Shown piece after piece: positions 14,001-26,715 of a stretch of 64,000 nt of DNA (its first letter is position 1; each line of letters begins with the position of its first letter). The notes under the pieces were generated by a model. That model did no database searches, was not told the origin of the DNA, and saw only the letters and a list, made by a program, of their open reading frames with translations. Location: the NCBI RefSeq assembly GCF_006345805.1, contig NC_042999.1, positions 58,590,001 to 58,654,000 of the forward strand, written 5' to 3'. Made by a program: the position numbers and the translations under genes. The stretch comes from Octopus sinensis (taxonomy: Eukaryota).

Positions 14001-16028
14001 ATTCTTTGCTTGCCAAATGCCTACTGTGTTTTCGCTTATCAATAGCTTTCTAAAGTAATGTACCAAACAATGTATGGTAAAGAACTTTCTTGAACTTAGT
14101 AAGCGGCAATGTCAAAAGTATGATGTTGGGATTAATTGTTAGCAAACACAAAATTTTTGGTATTGATGATAACAATATATGATGTGTCCATTGATGCACT
14201 CCAATCGGGAAGCCTTGCAAATGATGTCTTATTACTAGAGAATCACAACAATTTTGCCTGGGTAGAAAACAGCAAGACGATAGACGGGACAATGGCTTTA
14301 AGATTACAGTTGAGATATGACTTTGCAATGATACTGCCGGTACTGAACGAGTGTTAATTCTTTGTTTGAATTCCATCGACAGCTCAGTATATTTTGTGAC
14401 TGCAAATCCCATCACACTTAAATGCGGCATCGAAGCTGATGATTCATATGAATAATCTTAGACAGCTTTCGCAATTAGAAGGCCTCTACTTACTTGAAAA
14501 TTTCAACGTCCAACTGAATGCGGAGTATGACAGAAGACATATATACACAAGCCACTGTGGAGTCGATAAAATGAATGAGCCGAGTTACTTGAAGAATTCA
14601 AATATTTACATTAAAAATATTTGGTAGTTTGGCAGTTGCACACATTAACTTAGTAGAAATAGCCGTAAAATTTCCATGAAAATCAACTGACTTCAAAAAT
14701 AGGAAAAAAAAAAAAAAACATGAAATAATATAGTTATACATGTTGTATGTCCGAAAAGAAAATCGATACGATGGCGGATCATGGCTGTAAAGTCTTCCAT
14801 CATGTAATCATCTGCTCAATTAAGATCGATCTTGGAATAGCATGATCAAAATCCTCATGATCACGATGATGATGATGATGATGATGACGATAATCATCAT
14901 CATCATCACCATCAACAACAAATCAAAAAACCACAAAAACAACAGCAGCAGCAACAACAGTAACAACTATGGCAGCGACGTCGATGGCAATATTTAGCAG
15001 AGAAATTAATAACGAACCGTTGTAATCGGTTGTAACTTAATATCGATCACCAATCAAACGGAATTAAATTATAATTATTTCATGTCTATAATAAATTTCT
15101 CCTTCTACATTATGATAGATAGATAGATAGGAAGGTATGCAGGTAAGTTGGGAGGTAGATAGGTATGCATGTAGGTGGGTAGGTGGGGGATTATGTAGAT
15201 GGATATGTAGATAGATAGTAAATATGTACGTAAGAAGCTATCATCTTTTAACTAATTTTAATTAAAATAAAGTAATTGTATCAAAGAATTCCACTGAGGA
15301 ATACAACAAATGCTCAAGGACAGTCTTTGCACTCTTTCCCAAATCATTAACAAAAGGAATCCAATAAGAAGTAAACCAGAAGGCGAACCAGGCTTTGTCA
15401 CAGAAAATGGATTCCGTTTCATATTGTTGTTGATTAGCCATAGCTATTTCGGATAGGGCTTAACTTGAAAGGCTTTGTCTCTGGTTGACCCAAATCAATT
15501 GAGAGATCGATTAGGAAATTTCCGTTCAAATCTATGTGGAGACCGGTCCCATTGCAAGAATTTTCATCTTGAGTTGCTGGAATAATGGTTGGGTAACATC
15601 CATAGCCTCGGTTGGCGACGCATGGGAATCAAACCGGAAGTGAAGTGATGGTTGCTTCTGATAAGGCGTAAAAGACAGACGGATGGATTGCTGGAATAAT
15701 TTTTAAGAACAACGGATGGCTTCTGACAAAGACAAGCTGAAATTATGCATCATCCGATATTCCATTTAATCACCATCTCAATAACTCTACCAATCAAAGT
15801 TGTCAGTTCCTTGCTGAAGTTACATTATTTTAATTAAAATCACACTTAAATGATATGTAACTGCACACGTACTTATCTACCTACATATTCTTCTATCTAC
15901 TTACCTAATTACCTGTCCATCCACTTGTCAACCTTCATGCATACCTACCTACCTGCCTGCCTACTTACCTAACTAACTACCTACCTACCTACATACCTAC
16001 CCATCTACATGTCTAACTCCCTCTCTAC

Positions 16029-16112
<84 letters not shown>

Positions 16113-16155
16113 TTATATATCTATCTATCACCCGCAGTCTATGGTGGATCACTGC

Positions 16156-16192
<37 letters not shown>

Positions 16193-16234
16193 GAAAAATG
16201 GGTTGGTGAAATGCCCCTAAATTTCAAAGCCTCG

Positions 16235-16308
16235 TGAATGTTAAAAAATACGTTTATTTACATATATACCAAACTACTTTCAACAATATTTTTTGTTTAT
16301 CAATGATA

Positions 16309-16397
<89 letters not shown>

Positions 16398-16620
16398 GGT
16401 TTGGAGATGATGTACAGGTATTTTATATTAGAAGAAATGAGGTACTCAGAAATTCGGATGGTTTTATATTTACAGATATTTATTAGTATGTTACATGTTT
16501 TTATAAATCATATATCATATACCATATATCATGTATTAGCGCTTTCGTCCATTCGAGTGGAGTTTTCAAATTGAACTAGGGAAAATTTGACTATTTTCAT
16601 AGTGTTATTAAGTGTGTATA
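16235..16620 (-). mobile_element. Dispersed repeat (second copy 19829-20160) with internal (TA)n and variant hammerhead-like motif; putative Penelope-like terminal repeat
   Basis: Near-identical to 19829-20160 outside the microsatellite. The minus strand at about 16536-16572 reads TTGAAAA-ctcca ctcgaa tggac-GAAA-gcgc-TA. Confidence 0.65.
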
Positions 16621-16627
16621 TATATAC

Positions 16628-16683
<56 letters not shown>

Positions 16684-16705
16684 TTGAAACTGACTTATTG
16701 GAAGT

Positions 16706-16748
16706 CCACCTGAAGATTGTCGATCAAGACAAGAAACAATTGTAGTGG
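16706..16748 (+). ncRNA. Minimal type I hammerhead ribozyme (Penelope-associated type)
   Basis: ccac|CTGAAGA|TTGTC-gatcaa-GACAA|GAAA|caattg|TA|gtgg. It has the canonical CUGANGA and GAAA core, a perfect 5-bp stem II, palindromic stem III (ACAATTGT), a GUA cleavage triplet and stem I ccac/gtgg. Confidence 0.8.
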
Positions 16749-16835
16749 CGGTTTTTTTGACTACTTATTAAAATTTTATGTATTGATTAAGTCTTTCCTT
16801 GTTTGTTTTGCAAAATAGTGGTTTTGTCTCTAATA

Positions 16836-16888
<53 letters not shown>

Positions 16889-16896
16889 TATATATG

Positions 16897-17072
16897 TGGC
16901 CGCGTGAGTATCGTTGGCGATTTTTTCCTTTTTCTATGTTTCTGACGAAGAGCTCTGCTTGAAACGTTAAATCCTCCTTCTTTCTTTCTTTCCTGAGCGT
17001 CCAATAACAGTATACTTGTTCCACGTCATCGCGTGGTTGTGTTTTCTCTTTGTGTTTACATGTTTGGATTAA
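16897..17072 (+). mobile_element. Putative Penelope-like terminal repeat with hammerhead-like motif (16938-16971)
   Basis: gttt-CTGACGA-a-gagc tct gctt-GAAA-cg-tt-aaa, in a block flanked by (TA)n. It is related to 46868-47070 (reverse). Confidence 0.6.
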
Positions 17073-17093
17073 GTATATATATATATATATGTG

Positions 17094-17255
<162 letters not shown>

Positions 17256-17285
17256 CTCACACATACACGTATATGTCATATATAT

Positions 17286-17640
17286 CTTACTTGTTTCCGT
17301 CATTGGACTGCATCATGCTGGTGCACCGCGTTGAGGGGGTTTACTTAAACAAATTGACCCCAATACTTATATTTTTAAAGCCTGGCACTTATTCTATGAG
17401 TCTCTTTTGACGAACCTCTAGATTACTGGAGCGTAAATAAACCAACACCGGCTGTCAAGCGGTCGCAGGAGGGGAGAATCACACTCATACGAAGATACAC
17501 ATGCATAAGTATATGCTTATAAACGGACTTCTTTTGGTTTCCTATACCAAACCTAAGCACAAGGCTTTGGTCAGCCAAGGGTTATAGTAGAAGGCACTTC
17601 TCAAAGGTGCCATACAATGGGAATAGACACGGACTCATGG
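17286..17640 (-). mobile_element. SINE group A, diverged copy
   Basis: Recognisable tail acttgtttccgtcattggactg, central ttattctat..tctctttt and caaggctttggtc..gttatagtagaagg motifs. Confidence 0.75.
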
Positions 17641-17659
17641 GGTTAGAAACAAACTTCCA

Positions 17660-17742
17660 ACACAAGTGTCTTCTACTATGGCCTCGGGCCGACCAAAGCC
17701 TTGTGTGTGTATTTGGTAGACGGAAACTGAAAGAAGCCCGCC

Positions 17743-17838
<96 letters not shown>

Positions 17839-18016
17839 GTGTGTCTGTGTTTGTCCACCCAACATCGCTTGACAACCGATGCTGGTGTGTTTACGTCCCC
17901 GTAACTTAGCGGTTCGGCAAAAAACCCGATAGAATAAGTACTAGGCTTACAAAGAATAAAGGCCATGCTCCAGCATGGCCGCAGTAAAATGACTGAAACT
18001 AGTAAACGAGTAAAGA
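17660..18016 (+). mobile_element. SINE group A, 5'-truncated with an internal deletion
   Basis: caagtgtcttctactatggcctcgggccgaccaaagcc...(TA)n(TG)n...atgactgaaactagtaaacgagtaaagag. Confidence 0.85.
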
Positions 18017-18192
18017 GGAAGAGTATATATATTCTTATATGTATGCATATCAATATACACGTGTTTGATATCACTCCGGATTATTGCGTATATTAAATGT
18101 ATGTCTTAGTGGCAAAATTTTTCTATTTCTTATTATGTGTATGCATATGGTTGTGTATGTGTGTGTGTGTGTGTGAGTGCGTGTGCGCGCGC

Positions 18193-18232
<40 letters not shown>

Positions 18233-18234
18233 AT

Positions 18235-18502
18235 TTAGGCCGATTGCTCTTCAATATCCTTCCAAAAAGCTCGAGAGATCTTCATGTGCTGGATGTAGAC
18301 GGCTTTAAGGCAAAACTAGATTTTCTCCTGTCAGGATTTCCAGATGAACCTACCTCGCGCCAAAAAAGCACATATGAATGCAGCAACAGCAGACTTCCTT
18401 TTTTACCAAATGTCACACATCGGAGGAGGTTTAGTGAAAGTGTAGCAGAGCTAACGGCGATGGCAGCAGCTCTTGAGCTGAATCTAATAAAGAAAAAAAA
18501 AA
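18235..18502 (+). mobile_element. CR1/L2-group LINE 3' end remnant
   Basis: GRLLFNILPKSSRDLHVLDVDGFKAKLDFLLSGFPDEP matches the GP.LFN.LP..IR......FK..LD..L...PDEP C-terminus of CR1-group ORF2. It is followed by aataaagaaaaaaaaa. Confidence 0.75.
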
Positions 18503-18530
18503 TCAAAACACATCGCAGGCGTGCCTATGT

Positions 18531-18678
18531 AGAGGTGCAGATATGGCTGTGTGGTAAGAAACTTATTTCTCAACCACATGGTTCCGGGTTCAGTTCCACT
18601 TTGTGGAACCATTGGCTTTCTACTATAGCCTTCAGACCTTTGAGTGGATCTGATAGACGGAAATTGAAAGAAACCTGT

Positions 18679-18682
<4 letters not shown>
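18531..18682 (+). mobile_element. SINE group A, 5' half with deletions
   Basis: tggctgtgtggtaagaaac...ccacatggttccgggttcagttccact...agacggaaattgaaagaa then (TA)n. A diverged 3' half lies at about 19487-19725. Confidence 0.75.
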
Positions 18683-18753
<71 letters not shown>

Positions 18754-18854
18754 ATAATAACAAAGGGTAAAATTAATTAATTAACCAGTAATCAATAATT
18801 TCACCAAGTAGAATTCGGCATGAAAAAGGAGCATTTCACGGTAAACTAAAGTAA

Positions 18855-19410
18855 TACTTTATAATAGGGTTCAGCAAAGATTTGCTTTACTACATACCGA
18901 AGTTTAGAAATAGCAGCCAAAGAACCTTAGCTATTTCTTCTACTTTAAAAAGAGACTCCCGGAAAAAAAACAAATTACTCGAAAACAATCCACGAAGGCA
19001 GAGAGGAAAAATAACGAAAATCAATCGATATTAGATTACCCATGTACGCGTTTAGGAATTAGATCGGTATAAAGAATGTGTAATTTATACTTTACACGAA
19101 CATTTTCTCCAACTAACCGTATCAGACAGATCATGTTCAACGTCAGTACCGCCGCATTTAAAATATACGAATGAAGTTCATCATCTTCCCCTGCCCATCC
19201 ACGTGTGTCGTCAAGTAAAATACTACAGAAAAATCTGTAGTTTATTATCAGTTTATTCTTAGTTTATTATGCCTTCGTGGATTGTTTTCGAGGAATTTGT
19301 TTTTTAAGGGAGTCTCTTTTTAAAGTAGAAGAAATAGCTAAGGTCCTTTGCCTGCTATTTCTAAACTTCGGTATGTGGTAAAGCAAATCTTTGCTGAACC
19401 CTATTATAAA

Positions 19411-19413
<3 letters not shown>
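18855..19413. repeat. Long inverted repeat: ~145-bp arms (18855-19000 and 19270-19413), ~270-bp spacer
   Basis: tactttataatagggttcagcaaagatttg...ccacgaaggca is the reverse complement, with a few mismatches, of tgccttcgtgg...gctgaaccctattataaagta. Confidence 0.95.
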
Positions 19414-19489
<76 letters not shown>

Positions 19490-19729
19490 TGTTTGTGTGT
19501 GAGCGTTTGTCCCTCCACGACAGCTTGAAAACCGATGGTGGTGTGTTTAAGTTTCCGTAACTTAGCGATGCGGTTCGGCAAAACAGACCGATAGAATAAG
19601 TACTGGGCTTCAAAAGAAAGAAAAGAAGAAAAAGGAATGATAAGTCCCAGGGTCGATTTGTTCGACTGAAACCCTTCAAAGCGTTGGCCCAATATGGACG
19701 CAATCAAATGATTGAAAGGATAAAAATTA

Positions 19730-19766
<37 letters not shown>

Positions 19767-19828
19767 AGATACAAATGCACACAGATATGCGCGGTGATAC
19801 AACAGTCCTTTGACATTAATATAAGCCG

Positions 19829-20160
19829 ACGAATGTTAAAAAATACGTTTATTTACATATATACCAAACTACTTTCAACAATATTTTTTGTTTATCAATG
19901 ATAAACACATATATACATATATATAAATATATTAGAAGGTTTGGAGATGATGTACAAGTATGTTATACTAGAAGAAATTAGGTACTCAGAAATTCGGATG
20001 GTTTTATATTTACAGATATTTATTTGTATATTACATATTTTTATACATCATATATCATATACCATATATCATATATATTAGCGCTTTCGTCCATTCTAGT
20101 GGAGTTTTCAAATTGAACTAGGGAAAATTTGACTATTTTCATAGTGTTATTAAGTGTGTA
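19829..20160 (-). mobile_element. Second copy of the 16235-16620 repeat
   Basis: gaatgttaaaaaatacgtttatttacat...catagtgttattaagtgtgta is shared. The hammerhead-like motif lies at about 20077-20113. Confidence 0.85.
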
Positions 20161-20170
20161 TATATATGTG

Positions 20171-20208
<38 letters not shown>

Positions 20209-20294
20209 CTTAAGATGCGCCCCCTCTCTTCCTTCCTCTTCAGGACCCCTTCATATCTCCTACATCTTTAGCTTCCACAGCACTGCGTTCAACA

Positions 20295-20405
20295 AATCAC
20301 GTGGGGACCAGCACTCGCGTTGGCTGGGTGATTCTAGCATTGTTGGTCATTCGCCCTATTGCTCCGAAAGGCCACCACAAAGACTACTCTACGGAGCCGA
20401 ACTAG
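20295..20405 (+). mobile_element. RTE-clade LINE C-terminal remnant
   Basis: QHSRWLG...VGH...ERPPQRLLYGAEL resembles the RTE motif LRW.GHV.RM...R.PK..LYGEL. Confidence 0.45.
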
Positions 20406-21051
20406 GTATGTCTTTACAATTGAACATGGTTGTCGTTATATAGTGCAATCACTTTAGTAAAAAGCATATTCTTTCATCGTATAATAATGTTACTTGTATG
20501 GCGTATAATACAAATGTCTAAATACTAAATGATTTTCAAATTGAGATGGCAATGAATATATTACAAAGATATATAGGCAAAATTGTGAAAAATTGTAAAT
20601 ATATAAATATAAAATTGATATATTTAAATGATAAGTGTACTTCTGAATGACGATGGTGCTTCTATATATGCATAAACATATATATATATATGCACACATG
20701 CATAAACACACACTTATCCACCACGCCACATATACATATGCATGTGTATGTGTGTGGTGTGTGCATGTATAAACACACATATATCTTCATATACGTTCAT
20801 ACTTATGTTGTGTATGTATGTGCGTATATATATATATATATATATACATATATATACACATACACAAGTAGCATTTATGTTTTAGTCGTTGCATCTCCGA
20901 TTTAGTTTCGTAATGTAATAAAGACATCTTTTACATATCTCGTACAGATATATGTATGGATATACGTATGTATGTGTATATCCACATATCTATTATCGTG
21001 TATGCATGTGTGTTTGTGTGTGTGTAAATACACATACCCACACACGCTCAC

Positions 21052-21141
<90 letters not shown>

Positions 21142-21157
21142 ATATCTATCTATCTAT

Positions 21158-21371
21158 CTCTTTTACTCTTTTACTTGTTTCAGTTATTTGACTGTGGCCA
21201 TGCTGGAGCACTGCCTTTAGTCAAGTAAATCGACTCCAGGACTTATGCTTTGTTAGCCTAGTATTTATCTACCGGTCTCTTTTGCCGAACCGCTTAGTGA
21301 CGGGGACGTAAATACACCAGCATCGGTTGTCAAGCAATGTTAGGGGGACAAATACAGATACACAAACGTAT

Positions 21372-21442
<71 letters not shown>

Positions 21443-21616
21443 CATATATACGACAGTCTTCTTTCAGTTTCCGTCTACCAAGTCCACTCACAAGGCTTTG
21501 GTCGGCCCGAGGTTATAGGAGAAGACACTTGCCCAAGGCGTCACGCAATGGGACAGAACTCGGAACCATGTGGTTGGTAAGCAAGCTACTTACCACACAG
21601 CAACTCATACGCCTAT
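21158..21616 (-). mobile_element. SINE group A, full length, inserted in (TCTA)n
   Basis: Complete head-to-tail match to the group A copies, with (TCTA)n on both sides. Confidence 0.9.
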
Positions 21617-21617
21617 A

Positions 21618-21683
<66 letters not shown>

Positions 21684-22285
21684 GTCTGTCTGTCTATCTA
21701 TCTACCTATCTGTCCGTCTATCCGTCTATCTATCTATGCAGACATACGTATACAAAGGGACACACAGACATATAAATAAATGCATGAATAGTGTATTATA
21801 ATAACAATATTACAACATACATAATAATTTCCGGCGGCAATTGCCACTTTATAAATATTTTCACAGTCTTCGTTTTCAGTATCAGAATTGATGGCCGGCG
21901 AATGAAAACGTGTGTGCATATTGAAATTGAGTTATCCAGTCATTTATGGAAAAATTGAATTTAGTAATATATTAATTCAATAACTAGATTCTTACCATCC
22001 TCAACTCTCTGAATTTAGAAACAAACATACCGAGACCTCTGACGCAACAGCACACTTACAAGTACGCTTATTCGCTCATACATATATACATATGTATACA
22101 CACACATATAGACACACGTAAATACACACACATACACACACATATATACACGTATATATGTACAAATATAAAAATATATATATTTATATATGTATATGTA
22201 TATAAACGATAGGCATGCACACACATATGGACATATGCACATACTCATATGCATCTGTCTATCTATCTGTCTGTCTGTCTGTCTT

Positions 22286-22352
<67 letters not shown>

Positions 22353-22357
22353 GTCTG

Positions 22358-22438
<81 letters not shown>

Positions 22439-22651
22439 TTCTGTATATATGCATGTGCGTACACTTCCCGACAAATTTAAAGAAATGAGTTCGTTGGTTC
22501 ACTAAGTATGGTTTTTACTGAAATCGGTTATTGAACGAATTGATTCGATGCAATTATATAACTGGACAAGGTTATTACGTTCTGCGCAATAAAGGTTACA
22601 CACACACACACACACATACAGACATAAGTTCATAATATACATACATATATA

Positions 22652-23272
22652 TATTCTTTTCTACTCTAGGCACAAGGCCCGAAATTCTTGGGGTGGGGGC
22701 CACTGGATTATATCGAACCCAGTACACAACTTGTACTAAATTTATCGACCCCAAAAGGATGAAATGCTAAGTCGACCTCGGCGGAATTTGAACTCAACCG
22801 TAACGACAGGTGAAATACTGCTAAGTATCTCGCCCGGCGTGCTAACCTTTCTTATTTCTTTGTTGCCCACAAGGGGCTAAACACAGAGGGGACAAGCAAG
22901 GACAGACAAAGGGATTAAGTCGATTATATCGACTCCAGTGCGTAACTGGTACTTAATTTATCGACCCCGAAAGGATGAAAGGCAAAGTCGACCTCGGCGG
23001 AATTTGAACTCAGAACGTAACGGCAGACGAAATACCTATTTCTATTTCTTTACTACCCACAAGGGGCTAAACACAGAGGAGACAAAGAAGGACAGACAAA
23101 GGGATTAAGTCGATTATATCGACCCCAGTGCGTAACTGGTAGTTAATTTATCGACCCCGAAAGGATGAAAGGCAAAGTCGACATTCGGCGGTATTTGAAC
23201 TCAGAACGTAGTGGCAGACGAAATACCTCTCAGCATTTCGCCCGGCGTGCTAACGTTTCTGCTACTTCGCGC
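22652..23272 (-). mobile_element. SINE group B multimer (three central domains; terminal unit has the alternative tail)
   Basis: tttatcgacccc(g/a)aaaggatgaaa occurs three times at roughly 190-220-bp spacing. The head is at ~23230-23272 and the tail is tctactctaggcacaaggcccgaaatt. Confidence 0.9.
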
Positions 23273-23456
23273 CACACACACACACACACACACACACACA
23301 CCACACACATATATATATATTACATGTTTGATATAATACATAATACATCTATGCGATCCCCCCTCTCTCTCTCTCTACCTTTCTCTCTTTATATATATAT
23401 ATACGCACATATATATCTGATCAACTTTATATATATGTATATATGTAAACATATAC

Positions 23457-23489
<33 letters not shown>

Positions 23490-23559
23490 TGTATGTATGT
23501 ATGTATGTATGTATGTATGCATGTATGTATGTATGTATGTATGTATCTATGTATATATA

Positions 23560-23590
<31 letters not shown>

Positions 23591-23857
23591 GTGTAAGTGT
23601 GTGTGCGTGCGCACATTTGCATTTATTTGCAAATTTGTACATCTTCATGTTTAGACGTAGTACAGTAATACATTAATAAATGTTCGAGTAGAAAAATTGA
23701 AACATTTCCCAAAAGAATAAAAAAATAAACGTAAAATCTCATGAATATTTACTGAAAAATTACAGAAAAACTTCTTCAGATCTGAACATATGAAATTTAT
23801 TCAAAAAACATGCTTCCTATGTTGTTTTATAGATCTTCAGTAATAATAATAATAATG

Positions 23858-23898
<41 letters not shown>

Positions 23899-23923
23899 GA
23901 TAATAATAATAATTATAGTAATG

Positions 23924-23988
<65 letters not shown>

Positions 23989-24200
23989 GATAATAATAAT
24001 AATAATAATAATTATAGTAATGATAATACTGGTTCTTCACTATCCAGGGTAAGATGAGTTGGTTTGCGACATTCGTCTAGGTTTTTGTTATTGTAAGAAA
24101 ATGTGTGTATACATTGCTCTTACATGTACTGTGTCGTTTCCAATCTTTTCGTATACGTTCTCAGGCTTGGTATCTGTATGTACATGTTGGCAAATGTATA

Positions 24201-24832
24201 TATTTCTTTATTGCCCACAAGGGGCTAAGTGGAGGCGCAATGACCCAGTGGTTAGGGCAGCGGACTCGCGGTCGTAGGATAATATCGGTGGCGTGGAGAG
24301 GGGAGGCCGGTATGCGTGGGCGACTGCTGGTCTTCCATAAACAACCTTGCCCAAACTCGTACCTCGGAGGGTGGCTTTCTGGGTGCAATTCCATGGTCAT
24401 TCGTGACCGAAGGAGGTCACGCATCACACACACAAGGGGCTAAACATAGAGGGTTCAAACAAGGACAGACAAACGGATTAAGTCGATTACATCGACTCCA
24501 GTGTGTAGCTGGTACTTTATTTATCGACCCCGAAAGGATGAAAGGCAAAGTCGACCTCGGTGGAATTTGAACTCAGAACGTAGCGGCAGACGAAATACCT
24601 ATTTCTTTACTACCCACAAGGAGCTAAACACAGAGAGGACAAACAAAGACAGACAAACGGATTAAGTCGATTATATCGATCCCAGTGCGTAACTGGTACT
24701 TATTTAATCGACCCCGAAAGGATGAAAGGCAAAGTCGACCTCGGAGGAATTTGAACTCAGAACGTAGCGGCAGACGACATACCGCAAAGCATTTCACCCG
24801 GCGTGCTAACGTTTCTGCCAGCTCGCCGCCTT
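24201..24832 (-). mobile_element. SINE group B dimer with 17-bp TSD, interrupted by another SINE
   Basis: TSD atgttggcaaatgtata at 24184-24200 and 24833-24849. Unit spacing is 184 bp. Confidence 0.92.
24229..24430 (+). mobile_element. Internally deleted/chimeric group C SINE nested in the SINE B tail
   Basis: 13-bp TSD cacaaggggctaa (24216-24228 and 24431-24443). The head matches 57915, the body matches 25105-25200 and 55660-55800, and it ends in a (CA)n tail. Confidence 0.88.
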
Positions 24833-24916
24833 ATGTTGGCAAATGTATACTATTCAGTCTTAGATGATTTTGGATTCATCGTAATATAGATATATTATAG
24901 GTGGTGTGGCAGTATT

Positions 24917-25202
24917 GAAGGCGCATGGCTCAGTCGTTAGAGCGTCGAGCTTACGATCGTGAGGTTGTGAGTTCGAATTCCTGACTGGGCTGCGTGTTGT
25001 TTTCTTGAGCAAGACACTTTATTTCACGTTGCTCCAGTTCACTCAGCTGTAGAAAGTAGTTGCAACGTCACAGGTGCCAAGCTGTATGGGCCTGGGATAA
25101 CACTTGCGACGTGGAGAGGGGAGGCCAGTATGCTGGTCTTCCATAAACAACCTTGCCCGGACTTGTGCAATCCCATGATCAGTCTTGACCGAAGGGGGTT
25201 TC
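24917..25202 (+). mobile_element. tRNA-derived SINE, group C (body type 2)
   Basis: ggcgcatggctcagtcgttagagcg A-box, gagttcgaattcc B-box, ttcttgagcaagacactt core, tgctggtcttccataaacaacc body. Confidence 0.85.
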
Positions 25203-25640
25203 AGCGGTGTGGCTGTGAAGTAAGATACTTGCAAGCGCATGGTTCAGGGTTCACTCGCACTGTATGGCAACTTGGGCACGTGTCTTCTACTGTAGGACGG
25301 CCAAATGCTTGTGAGTGGATTTGGTGGACAGAAACTGAAAGAAGCCCGTCCTACATAAATATATGCGTAAGTGTGTAGTATTGTTTGTGTGTGTGTGTGT
25401 GTGGAGTGTGCGTATGTGTATTTGTGTCTGTTTGTCACTCTCCCACAACCGGTTTGCAGCCGTTGATTTTGTGCTTACGTTCCTATAAATTAGCGGTTCG
25501 GCAAGGAGACACAGATATAATAAGAAACAGGCTTAACAAGAAATAAGTACCTGGACCGATTCATTCAACTAAAAATTCCTCAAGGCAGTGCCACAGCATG
25601 GACGCTGTCTAATAACTGAAACAAGTAAAGGATAAATAAA
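25203..25640 (+). mobile_element. SINE group A, diverged copy
   Basis: cttgggcacgtgtcttctact...gaaactgaaagaagcccgtc...actgaaacaagtaaagg. Confidence 0.8.
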
Positions 25641-25683
25641 GGTATATGATAAGCTTGTATTTATATTGTAGAGGAGTGGCTAT

Positions 25684-26130
25684 AGGCGTAGGAGTGGCTG
25701 TGTGGTAAGTAGCTTGCTTACGAACCACATGGTTCCGGATTCAGTCCCACTTCGTGGCACCTTGGGCAAGTGTCTTCTACTATAGCCTCGGGCCGACCTT
25801 GTGAGTGGATTTGGTAGAAGGAAACTGAAAGAAGCCCGTCGTATATATGGATATATATATACGCACAAACATATACTCACACACACATGCACATATATAT
25901 ATATATGTATGCGTGTGAGTATATGTTTGTGTGTCTGTGTTTGTCCTCCCCAACATCGCTCGACAATCGATGCTGGTGTATTTACGTCCCCGTAACATAG
26001 CGGTTCGGCAAAAAGAGACCGATAGAATAAGTACTAGACTTACAAAGAATAAGTCCTGGAGTCAATTGCTCTACTAAGTGCTCCAGCATGGCCACAACAA
26101 ATGACTGAAGCAAGTAAAAGAGTAAAGAGA
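25684..26130 (+). mobile_element. SINE group A, near full length
   Basis: Head ggcgtaggagtggctgtgtggtaagtagc through tail aagtaaaagagtaaagag, with two small deletions. Confidence 0.9.
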
Positions 26131-26715
26131 GTGAGAGAGCTGTAATTCAGGGCAGTAGTCTACTTTAGTAATTTGGATTAGAATTCTATAGGTATTGCAT
26201 GTAACTTCACTACAAGTCTGGCTTTCATTTCTCCGGAGAAGCAACCGTCCAAAACTTACTAATCTTGCGATATATTCGCGTTCCTGACACATCCAGCCTA
26301 ACCAGAGTTTCCTAGCAACTATTTAGAGAAGTTGAGCAGGTTTGATACATAGAAAAGAAATCAATTTCCAGTCATTCGTGTTTATTAAACCCACTACGAA
26401 TTGTAACCTAATTCGCCGATAATCTGACTAAGAACAATAATGGTTTAATTGGCATTGATCTAATTCGTTAGTAGTCCGTGGAAGAAAATAGCCGAGTGTT
26501 CTTGAACTTTATTCCTCAGTCAAAGTAAATCAACACCATTAGTTTGGGCAATTTCTAATTGCTCTAATGCTACTAAAACACGGGTAAATACGCTCCAACG
26601 TTACCAACGTGGATATTATGAAGAGATCTTAAGAATTAAAAGCAAACTGCGCTTACAAATTCATATACACACACACACACACACAAACAAACCCCCACAC
26701 ACATGTATATATCCT

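Noticed and set aside
14050-14627. Non-repetitive ORFs of 126, 73 and 62 aa
   Set aside because: No recognisable motif, and the lengths are compatible with chance.
15270-15830. GC-richer stretch with faint RT-like words on the minus strand
   Set aside because: I could not recover ordered RT motifs by eye.
22860-23230. Regularly spaced repeats that could suggest a CRISPR-like array
   Set aside because: Whole ~184-bp units repeat with no unique spacers. They are SINE multimers in eukaryotic DNA, and no cas genes are present.
24917-24990. tRNA-like sequence with A and B boxes (also near 40085-40156 and 55459-55535)
   Set aside because: It continues into SINE bodies and lacks a well-paired cloverleaf, so it is a SINE head rather than a tRNA gene.
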